32,000 nucleotides of DNA from Wallemia ichthyophaga EXF-994 (taxonomy: Eukaryota > Fungi > Basidiomycota). The stretch is from the NCBI RefSeq assembly GCF_000400465.1, contig NW_008806281.1:60001-92000 (forward strand), written 5' to 3'. This document shows positions 11,015 to 21,600 of the stretch, one piece after another (within the stretch, counting starts at the first letter, position 1; every line of letters starts with the position of its first letter). The translations under genes and the position numbers were made by a program. The notes beneath the pieces are model-generated. The model saw only the letters and a list, made by a program, of their open reading frames with translations, did no database searches and was not told the DNA's origin.

Positions 11015-12946
11015 ATGATAAATGAAATTCCCGAGGAAACAATTAAAGCGAGAAAGCACGAGCTAATGCAAAGATTACTTCTACATCATAAGAGTCTGTT
11101 CAGTTGCCGTCAGTGCAGTCATTTCAATTGCATAACGTTCAACCGCAATCCTCGTCTGTCGCCATCTCACGGAGCCTTTCTCTGCTCTTGCATGTATATT
11201 CGCGATGATTGCCAATGCTTAAGTTTTCAAGACGTCGATGTATTGCTTCAGAAGGCAGAGAGGATGGGACTAATCTCAGTGCCGCGAAATGTGAGTACAG
11301 GGACTATTAGCCTAGTATATTATTTTTTTGACATTGTTTAGGGCATATTCAATGTCCAAAGCAATGGTCAAGCCAGTACTTCGAGAAATGTTATCGATGA
11401 AAGCCAAACAGCGCCACAGTTGCAATTACAGCAGAAAGAAGAGCAACAGCTACAACAGCAACCACAACAACAACCACAAGTACAGACACCATCGCGGGCA
11501 AATGACACGAGCAATCACAGAAGGGACATCCTCAGTATGACAACTCAAAAGATCCCCGATGAATTGAACGCCGCCAACATAAAACGTCTACAAATTACGA
11601 TAGAGAAGGGCATTATTCCAATCGTACAGGATTCGGTTTTGCCTATCATTAAGCGATACGTTCATAAACACGGCGAGAATTATCATTCGCAAGGCAACAC
11701 CTTATTTACAGAAATCTTCACCATAGTAAACGACCTTATCACACCCATGATCCAATCAACGATGGAGAAAGTGAGCGCTCAGCACATTACTCAACTGGTA
11801 TCGAATTCCATCAATACTACGATTTCTACCTGTTATTTGGACAACATCGACTCTAATGGTGTGGATTTCTTACATAATACTCATAAAATGCGCCATCAAA
11901 ATCAATTAAATCAACAAAGTGCGATTAATGCACAAAACAACGGCCTACAGTCAACCTGGTTGAGCAGTACAAGAAGTACCCCCTCTAAGCAGGATCAACG
12001 CAAACGTACTCGCAGAAGTAATGAGAATGATGAGCAGATTGCTGACGCCAATTCGAAACAAAATGATAATGACGAAGTGCACTTTCTCTCACACTCCAAA
12101 AACACATCTCCAATCAGTCAAGAGGTCCTTAAGAGTCTTTCAGATTTCAGAAATCATCTAGAGAAAAACATCAGAAGTAACATAGATATAGTCAAACAAC
12201 AGGAGTTGCACACCAGTAAACTCAAGGAACTCGAACATGTTTCCCGAACCTTGAACATTCGAACCAGTGCTACTCAAGAGTGGCGTAGCCAAACACAAAC
12301 ATGCATAGAGAGGTTGAGCCGAAATGAGCTAAGTATTAAGAATGCATCTAGAGCATTTGATAATATGACAGCTCGAATGGACGCCATGAATCTTCAATTG
12401 ACACAAGTGGATCAGCGTCAGTCGACATTAAGACGCACAGATTCCAATCAAGCGCAAGGTGACACCGAAAATTTCAAAATAAGTGCCATCGAAAATCTTT
12501 TGGAAAAGATGGGTGAGCGAATAACCTCAATCGAGAATACAAAAGTGGCCATAGGCGGGACGAAGCTGCAGAGCGCCGCAGAAAGCAGAAGCTCGACTCC
12601 TCAGCAGCAAGAAAAAGGGCTGGAGGACAGGCTGATGAAGAAGATTAGCAGTCTAGAGGAAAAGGTGAAGGAAAAGATTATCGAAATCAGACGAGACGCA
12701 AGCCAGCAGCAAGAAGATTTACACAAAAATCTTCTTGAGATGGTGCAAGCGAAGCTTAAGGAGCACTTTGCTGGTATAGACGAATCTAACAGCGGATTTC
12801 AGGACAAGCTGCAATCTCTTCGCGATGAACTGAAAGAATCAATTTTTGAGACGTTTGAGATCCAGAGGGAGAACAGCAGTAAGCAAGAAAGGAGAATAGC
12901 CGATCTTGAAATTGCGCTGAATAAATCATATGAACAAAGCTGGTAA
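11015..12946 (+). CDS. Uncharacterised protein: N-terminal Cys/His cluster, Q-rich linker, long C-terminal coiled coil; exons 11015-11290, 11342-12946
   Basis: A 51-nt intron (11291-11341, GTGAGT...TTAG) joins the 108-aa and 508-aa ORFs in frame. The C-terminal half is heptad-like and E/K/Q/L-rich. I do not recognise a family. Confidence 0.65.
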
Positions 12947-13112
12947 TAGAGGTGGTAACTTCAGAAAGTTGTAATTTTATATTTATGCTTGCTTTTTTGA
13001 AAGAGAGTACGTGGTCTTTTTGGCATGATTGATAGTGACGCGTTTGACATTACAAAACCATATCGTTTTTAACTTTGTGGAAGCAAAAATATTCAAAACT
13101 TTAGTTAGTAAA

Positions 13113-13215
13113 AGCTTTCGGCCGGAATCGAACCGGCGACCTCCGCGGAGCAACTAATCATCTCAGTAGATGAGCCGATGTTAACACGGCGCTATAACCC
13201 CTAAGCCACGAAAGC
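13113..13215 (-). tRNA. tRNA-Val (anticodon AAC) with a 30-nt intron at the canonical 37/38 position
   Basis: Reverse complement reads GCTTTCG-TG-GCTTAGGGGTTATAGC-G-CCGTG-TT[AAC]A-(TCGGCTCATCTACTGAGATGATTAGTTGCT)-C-CGCGG-AGGTC-GCCGG-TTCGATT-CCGGC-CGAAAGC. The intron contains a TCATCT/AGATGA hairpin. A T run follows immediately. Confidence 0.9.
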
Positions 13216-13235
13216 GATGGTTATGGAGTACATTT

Positions 13236-13247
13236 TGCTATATAGCA
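13236..13247. promoter_or_regulatory. Palindromic TATA element (TGCTATATAGCA) about 24-29 bp upstream of tRNA-Val; possible TFIIIB/TBP site
   Basis: Perfect 12-bp palindrome with a TATATA core, at the distance where upstream TATA boxes of fungal tRNA genes occur. Function is inferred. Confidence 0.4.
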
Positions 13248-13285
13248 TGTTTGTTTTCCAATCTCGATACAATCCAAAAAAATGA

Positions 13286-14369
13286 AAGTTTGAAAATAAC
13301 CTGAAGGAGATGGAAACCATATTACCCTATCCTTTCGTGCCGTGGGTACCTGCAACACTAAGCTTTTCACAAGCAGAGAATAAGGAACGAGCAAAAGCAG
13401 AGAATATGGAATTATGCAATCAGTACAATATGTCATGGTACATCTACACAGATGGATCTCTAGCTTAGGGGCAAGTTGCGCCAGGCTATGCAGCTAAGCT
13501 TCCACACAGACGAGACTGGTTTAGCTCATCATACAAACGGGGTCCTGACAGCAAATTCACAATTTACGAAGCAGAGTTATTGGGAGTATATCTCGCTTTA
13601 GAATGGATCGAGGAAGAGTTGATACCGCCAGTAGTCTTTATCAATAGCGACAGTCAGGCGGTACTTTCGGAGATCGTTCAATTGCAATCAACAAAGACAG
13701 GCCAATATTTGATAAAACCAGTCCTTGACAAAATTGATTGGATTAAACGAACGAAGGGAAAAAGACTTTGTTGTCCAATTAAACTGGATCCCACGACATG
13801 TGGATATTTACGGTAACGAACTAGCGGACAGAACCGCTAACGAGGGTTGGACACGGCCGACCCACCGGACTATGTGGAGTCAACTAACACTCAAAACTTC
13901 ATACTCTGCAATGCGACGCAGAATGCGCGAGCGCTATACAGCATCCCTAAAAGTAGAAGCCTCCAAAATATCAGACATTAAGTCCAACGCCGCAAAAACA
14001 TCAGCTGGAAGGCTGACAGCAGCAAAAACGGCCAAGATATTCAATGAACTGCCCAGAGCAACGAGATGCCTAGCCACCCAGCTACGGTCAGGGCATTACC
14101 CTACGACTAAGTCTTACCGTTACCGGTTCCGACTGATTGATTCACCTAAATGCCGTGCATGTGGCACAGAGGACAACATCTCCCATAGAATCTTCATATG
14201 CAGAAAACATACAATGACCAGAATCACGTTAAGAAGAAAGATTACCAAGATCAATATTCAGTTCGACTTAGGTCCAATACTCAGAAACGCACACTCTATT
14301 CAAGTCCTTTACGAGTTCTTCAAACCGCAATTAAATACGTACCAAAGATACTTCGGTGGTTCAGTGTAA
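13286..14369 (+). mobile_element. 5'-truncated, inactivated non-LTR retrotransposon (Tad/I-like) ORF2 3' end: RNase H plus CCHC knuckle
   Basis: Reconstructed frame: METILPYPFVPW...YIYTDGSLA*...TIYEAELLGVYLAL...FINSDSQAVL...(+1 frameshift in A5 run at 13759-13763)...LNWIPRHVDIYGNELAD...LATQLRSGH...CRACGTEDNISHRIFIC. In-frame TAG at 13466. No RT or endonuclease domain, poly(A) tail or TSD seen. Confidence 0.88.
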
Positions 14370-14479
14370 TTGAGAACCACCACCAATTTACATATTACGA
14401 CGCTAGTCAAGAAACGCTTCCAGTAAATTCGGAACCCCCTTTGACTCCTCATGCTTTAAGAAGTATTGATGGATGCAGT

Positions 14480-15260
14480 TTATAACATGTATCGTCTTAA
14501 AATATAATCAGATTTCATCATCATCATACCCCGTCGGACGTTTATCTTTGGACGGCACGTGAGAGTATAATTGACGACGTTACGCAGCAGAATGATCGCA
14601 CTTGGAATAATGTTCGATTGGGAGCGATACGTAACCTTGCACAGAACATACAAGCACTTCACGAGAGAGGCCACGTCCTCGTAGCTCATCTTTCCATTTG
14701 ATGCACACTGAAGTGCTAAAAGCTTCCTGCTCATCTTCTCCTACAAACAAAAAGGATTGTGACCATCTCTACTCATGTAATTTCGCTCATTTGTAATTAA
14801 TATTACGATTGAGAGGTACACAATCTTTTCATCCTCCGACCAAAGCCCCTTGCGTCTTTCTGGACAAGCAAACATCCGGTGGTAGCACTCGATGGCTGAA
14901 CGCTTGGAAATGTGCGATATCACTATCCAACAAGCTTCAAGCTGGACTGGTGCACTGAGCACGGGTTGGTTGATTGCAGTGCTTCAAATGTCTCACTCAC
15001 TCTACTAACCTATCATTCTTGTGTTTCGTCCAGACTCCTTTGTTTGCATAAGGATGCTATCGAGTTCGAACATAAGTGTATACACTTGCTAGCACTCTGT
15101 GTGAGACACACTCAGCAAGGTCATACCAGAAGTTGTCTCTGTTTTGTTGTTGCTCACTTTGTAGTTGCTGATGCAGTCATAGTCGATCCTCCTCTCTTCT
15201 TCGTTGAATGCAGAAATCAAACATCCTCTCCACAAACTTTTTCCACGCCAAGGGTATTTC
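14480..15260 (-). pseudogene. Degenerate Myb/SANT-repeat gene (Reb1/TTF1/DMTF1-like)
   Basis: Reverse translation gives DNFWYDLAECVSHRVLASVYTYVRTR*HPYANKGVWTKHKNDRLV, then after a GTGAGT...CAG intron ACWIVISHISKRSAIECYHR...RKGLWSEDE, then KLLAL...GKMSYEDVASLV. In-frame stops at 15059-15057 and 15179-15177. Boundaries are approximate. Confidence 0.6.
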
Positions 15261-15673
15261 TATGACTCATTTTAGTCTTTATCTTTAATTGCTATACTTT
15301 CAAATCAGAGTCACAGGAATGCAAGACAACAATATAAAAAGTGTAAATGAACGCAGATTTTACATTTTATCGCTTTAAATATGCATTTGAGTTTACAAAT
15401 TTTTTGAGGTTTCGTTGCAGAACATTTTCAAAGTGGGGGCGCCGCTGTAGCCATTCAAAATTCCACTGCGAGAGACTTTGCGTGAAGGCGTTTATACGCT
15501 CCTGGATAAAGCAATCCAACGCTACCTCTTCAAAAAACAGCGCGCAATCCGTAGTGAATTTCCATCACTTCCACACACTCTCCCTCTAATCCACAACCAA
15601 AAATTGGCCGGTTCGTTATTGAAAAACAAAATAATTGAGTGAATGTTTGAAAAGTTAATGGAAATACATAAAT

Positions 15674-18600
15674 CTACCAAGCTCTTCCTTGGTTTTTGCG
15701 CTTGTTTCTAAGTTTAAACTTTCTGACATTGTGTCGATCTTGAAGTTGTCGTGATGTTGTATGGGTCGATAGGGCATGTGGAGCTTCTTCGCCATGTTGC
15801 TGTTCTTGCGACTGCTTTTCCTGGCTACGTACCAGTTTTGTCCACATCGTAGCGAATAAACCATTCGAATTGAGAAGCTGAGATTCTGTACCGCTCTCAA
15901 TAACCTTACCGCCTTGAATGTAGAATATCACATCTGACTTGGTGATTGTTGAGATCCTGTTCGAGATAATAATTGTCGTTCTAGTTACGCTCAACTCCGC
16001 AAACAAAGCTTGGATCTCCTTCTCGGTGTCATCATCCAACTCCAAGCTAGTCACATCGAAGCAGAAGATTGGTGCATCTTTCAACAATGCTCTAGCTATG
16101 GCTATACGCAATTTATCACCACCGTTCAATGTGATACCTTCATCACCGATTCTGGTATCGTAGCCGTATTGGAATGAAAGTACCTTGTCGTGTAACTTAG
16201 CAACTTTACAGGCGCTTACGATCTCTTCCTTAGTAGCGCTTTCGTTACCATACTTTAAGTTGAAGGTGAAGGTCTCGTTGAATAATGGGCAAACTTGCGA
16301 GATGATGGCAATGTGTTTTCTGAGTGACTGAAGCTTCATGTCTCTGACATCAATACCATTAATGCTGATAGAACCTTTGCCGACATCGTGGAAGCGATAA
16401 AGCAAGTCTAATATCGTATTATTTCCACTGTCACCGTCACTGAAGAGCGTAATGGTCTTGCCAGTGGGAACTTCAAACGATAAGCCTTGCAGTGCATTGT
16501 CAGAGTCGTAGCTGAAAACGACATTATCGAATTTAATGACAGGTTGGCGAGTATCGAACGTGATGGCGTCAGGCTTATCAGAAACAAAGCTAAACCAGTC
16601 AAGTGACTCGATCAAAAAATTACCACCGAAGACAGAAACACCGTTGAAAATACTATCAAACTTGGAAGGGTACTCGACATCTGGCTGTGACTGGTCCTGT
16701 TTAGAAGATTCTGACAAGTCTATAAGCCTTCTGACACAATCTGTAATGCTAACAAACTCACCGTTACGGGCTTCGGTCTCTGCCTGCTTTGGATCACCTG
16801 GAGGACCATCTGACTCGTCAGATGAGGAAGAATCATCTGAAATATTTTTGACGGTTTTGTCAGAATCGCTGTCGTTATCCTCATCTTGAAGGTTCGTCCC
16901 TTCACCCTCTAGCAACTTAGGACGGCGTTGAGGAGAATTCGACGAGTCAGAAGAAGAATCATCTGAAGCATTCTTAATGGTCCTGTCTGAATCGCTGTCT
17001 TCTTCATCTTCCAACGGCCCTTCGACGTCATCACCTAAATGCTTCAGGTTGGCTTGCACATCAGACGTTGATGACCCAAGTAAAACATCACTGTAAGTAC
17101 TCCAACGCGTTCCAACTTGATCATTTACGACCTGATGATCTTGGGAAGGTCCTGAGAAATGAATAAGCTTTTAGTCAATCCAGAAAAAGCAAAAGAACAT
17201 ACCCTTTGGGTCTTTGCCGCCAATATGCTTCTCCTGGCTACGTACCAGTTTTGTCCACATCGTAGCGAATAAACCATTCGAATTGAGAAGCTGAGATTCT
17301 GTACCGCTCTCAATAACCTTACCGCCTTGAATGTAGAATATCACATCTGACTTGGTGATTGTTGAGATCCTGTTCGAGATAATAATTGTCGTTCTAGTTA
17401 CGCTCAACTCCGCAAACAAAGCTTGGATCTCCTTCTCGGTGTCATCATCCAACTCCAAGCTAGTCACATCGAAGCAGAAGATTGGTGCATCTTTCAACAA
17501 TGCTCTAGCTATGGCTATACGCAATTTATCACCACCGTTCAATGTGATACCTTCATCACCGATTCTGGTATCGTAGCCGTATTGGAATGAAAGTACCTTG
17601 TCGTGTAACTTAGCAACTTTACAGGCGCTTACGATCTCTTCCTTAGTAGCGCTTTCGTTACCATACTTTAAGTTGAAGGTGAAGGTCTCGTTGAATAATG
17701 GGCAAACTTGCGAGATGATGGCAATGTGTTTTCTGAGTGACTGAAGCTTCATGTCTCTGACATCAATACCATTAATGCTGATAGAACCTTTGCCGACATC
17801 GTGGAAGCGATAAAGCAAGTCTAATATCGTATTATTTCCACTGTCACCGTCACTGAAGAGCGTAATGGTCTTGCCAGTGGGAACTTCAAACGATAAGCCT
17901 TGCAGTGCATTGTCAGAGTCGTAGCTGAAAACGACATTATCGAATTTAATGACAGGTTGGCGAGTATCGAACGTGATGGCGTCAGGCTTATCAGAAACAA
18001 AGCTAAACCAGTCAAGTGACTCGATCAAAAAATTACCACCGAAGACAGAAACACCGTTGAATATACTACCATAATGACCAGGAAGCTCGAAAAGTGGTTG
18101 TTTCACGTCCAGGTTTGGCAGATGAACCCTCTTGAAAGACCAGTCAATCTTGCCATGGTCCTCACGAGGTTGCTTGACGTCTGGTTGCTTCACATCGACG
18201 TGTGGCTGATCAACCTTTTTGAAGTTCCCGTCAACCTTGCCATGGTCCTCACGAGATTGCTTGACGTCTGGTTGCTTCACATCGACGTGTGGCTGATCAA
18301 CCTTTTTGAAGTTCCCGTCAACCTTGCCATGGTCCTCACGAGATTGCTTGACGTCTGGTTGCTTCACATCGACGTGTGGCTGATCAACCTTTTTGAAGTT
18401 CCCGTCAACCTTGCCATGGTCCTCACGAGATTGCTTGACGTCTGGTTGCTTCACATCGACGTGTGGCTGATCAACCTTTTTGAAGTTCCCGTCAACCTTG
18501 CCATGGTCCTCACGAGATTGCTTGACGTCTGGTTGCTTCACATCGACGTGTGGCTGATCAACCTTTTTGAAGTTCCCGTCAACCTTGCCATGGTCCTCAC

Positions 18601-21600
18601 GAGATTGCTTGACGTCTGGTTGCTTCACATCGACGTGTGGCTGATCAACCTTTTTGAAGTTCCCGTCAACCTTGCCATGGTCCTCACGAGATTGCTTGAC
18701 GTCTGGTTGCTTCACATCGACGTGTGGCTGATCAACCTTTTTGAAGTTCCCGTCAACCTTGCCATGGTCCTCACGAGATTGCTTGACGTCTGGTTGCTTC
18801 ACATCGACGTGTGGCTGATCAACCTTTTTGAAGTTCCCGTCAACCTTGCCATGGTCCTCACGAGATTGCTTGACGTCTGGTTGCTTCACATCGACGTGTG
18901 GCTGATCAACCTTTTTGAAGTTCCCGTCAACCTTGCCATGGTCCTCACGAGATTGCTTGACGTCTGGTTGCTTCACATCGACGTGTGGCTGATCAACCTT
19001 TTTGAAGTTCCCGTCAACCTTGCCATGGTCCTCACGAGATTGCTTGACGTCTGGTTGCTTCACATCGACGTGTGGCTGATCAACCTTTTTGAAGTTCCCG
19101 TCAACCTTGCCATGGTCCTCACGAGATTGCTTGACGTCTGGTTGCTTCTTGTCGACCTTAGGAGATTCTAAAACGTCTATAAGCTTGGTTGAGAATTTCA
19201 AACTATAATTAAACTCACCATCAACCTTGCCATGGTCCTCACGAGGTTGCTTGACGTCTGGTTGCTTCACATCGACGTGTGGCTGGTCAACCTTTTTGTA
19301 GTTCACGTCAACCTTGCCATGGTCCTCACGCGATTGCTTGACGTTTGGTTGCTTCTTGTCGACCTTCGACTTGTCTTCTGTACCACCTACCAGCTTTGTC
19401 CACATCCTAGCGAATAAACCATTCGAATTGAGAAGCTGAGATTCTGTACCGCTCTCAATAACCTTACCGCCTTGAATGTAGAATATCACATCTGACTTGG
19501 TGATTGTTGAGATCCTGTTCGAGATAATAATTGTCGTTCTAGTTACGCTCAACTCCGCAAACAAAGCTTGGATCTCCTTCTCGGTGTCATCATCCAACTC
19601 CAAGCTAGTCACATCGAAGCAGAAGATTGGTGCATCTTTCAACAATGCTCTAGCTATGGCTATACGCAATTTATCACCACCGTTCAATGTGATACCTTCA
19701 TCACCGATTCTGGTATCGTAGCCGTATTGGAATGAAAGTACCTTGTCGTGTAACTTAGCAACTTTACAGGCGCTTACGATCTCTTCCTTAGTAGCGCTTT
19801 CGTTACCATACTTTAAGTTGAAGGTGAAGGTCTCGTTGAATAATGGGCAAACTTGCGAGATGATGGCAATGTGTTTTCTGAGTGACTGAAGCTTCATGTC
19901 TCTGACATCAATACCATTAATGCTGATAGAACCTTTGCCGACATCGTGGAAGCGATAAAGCAAGTCTAATATCGTATTATTTCCACTGTCACCGTCACTG
20001 AAGAGCGTAATGGTCTTGCCAGTGGGAACTTCAAACGATAAGCCTTGCAGTGCATTGTCAGAGTCGTAGCTGAAAACGACATTATCGAATTTAATGACAG
20101 GTTGGCGAGTATCGAACGTGATGGCGTCAGGCTTATCAGAAACAAAGCTAAACCAGTCAAGTGACTCGATCAAAAAATTACCACCGAAGACAGAAACACC
20201 GTTGAATATACTACCATAATGACCAGGAAGCTCGAAAAGTGGTTGTTTCACGTCCAGGTTTGGCAGATGAACCCTCTTGAAAGACCAGTCAATCTTGCCA
20301 TGGTCCTCACGAGATTGCTTGACGTCTGGTTGCTTCACATCGACGTGTGGCTGATCAACCTTTTTGTAGTTCACGTCAACCTTGCCATGGTCCTCACGCG
20401 ATTGCTTGACGTCTGGTTGCTTCACATCGACGTGTGGCTGATCAACCTTTTTGTAGTTCACGTCAACCTTGCCATGGTCCTCACGCGATTGCTTGACGTC
20501 TGGTTGCTTCACATCGACGTGTGGCTGATCAACCTTTTTGTAGTTCACGTCAACCTTGCCATGGTCCTCACGCGATTGCTTGACGTCTGGTTGCTTCACA
20601 TCGACGTGTGGCTGATCAACCTTTTTGTAGTTCACGTCAACCTTGCCATGGTCCTCACGCGATTGCTTGACGTCTGGTTGCTTCACATCGACGTGTGGCT
20701 GATCAACCTTTTTGTAGTTCACGTCAACCTTGCCATGGTCCTCACGCGATTGCTTGACGTCTGGTTGCTTCACATCGACGTGTGGCTGATCAACCTTTTT
20801 GTAGTTCACGTCAACCTTGCCATGGTCCTCACGCGATTGCTTGACGTTTGGTTGCTTCTTGTCGACCTTCGACTTGTCTTCTGTACCACCTACCAGCTTT
20901 GTCCACATCCTAGCGAATAAACCATTCGAATTGAGAAGCTGAGATTCTGTACCGCTCTCAATAACCTTACCGCCTTGAATGTAGAATATCACATCTGACT
21001 TGGTGATTGTTGAGATCCTGTTCGAGATAATAATTGTCGTTCTAGTTACGCTCAACTCCGCAAACAAAGCTTGGATCTCCTTCTCGGTGTCATCATCCAA
21101 CTCCAAGCTAGTCACATCGAAGCAGAAGATTGGTGCATCTTTCAACAATGCTCTAGCTATGGCTATACGCAATTTATCACCACCGTTCAATGTGATACCT
21201 TCATCACCGATTCTGGTATCGTAGCCGTATTGGAATGAAAGTACCTTGTCGTGTAACTTAGCAACTTTACAGGCGCTTACGATCTCTTCCTTAGTAGCGC
21301 TTTCGTTACCATACTTTAAGTTGAAGGTGAAGGTCTCGTTGAATAATGGGCAAACTTGCGAGATGATGGCAATGTGTTTTCTGAGTGACTGAAGCTTCAT
21401 GTCTCTGACATCAATACCATTAATGCTGATAGAACCTTTGCCGACATCGTGGAAGCGATAAAGCAAGTCTAATATCGTATTATTTCCACTGTCACCGTCA
21501 CTGAAGAGCGTAATGGTCTTGCCAGTGGGAACTTCAAACGATAAGCCTTGCAGTGCATTGTCAGAGTCGTAGCTGAAAACGACATTATCGAATTTAATGA

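Noticed and set aside
11015-14369. Coiled-coil gene as ORF1 of the downstream LINE fragment
   Set aside because: It has a spliceosomal intron and no visible gag-type CCHC knuckles. A tRNA gene separates the two, and the endonuclease and RT domains are absent.
15674-17059. Separate 461-aa gene downstream of the 2700-aa ORF
   Set aside because: It starts at GTG with no ATG context, and a canonical 51-nt intron joins it in frame to the upstream ORF. Treated as exon 3, pending cDNA.
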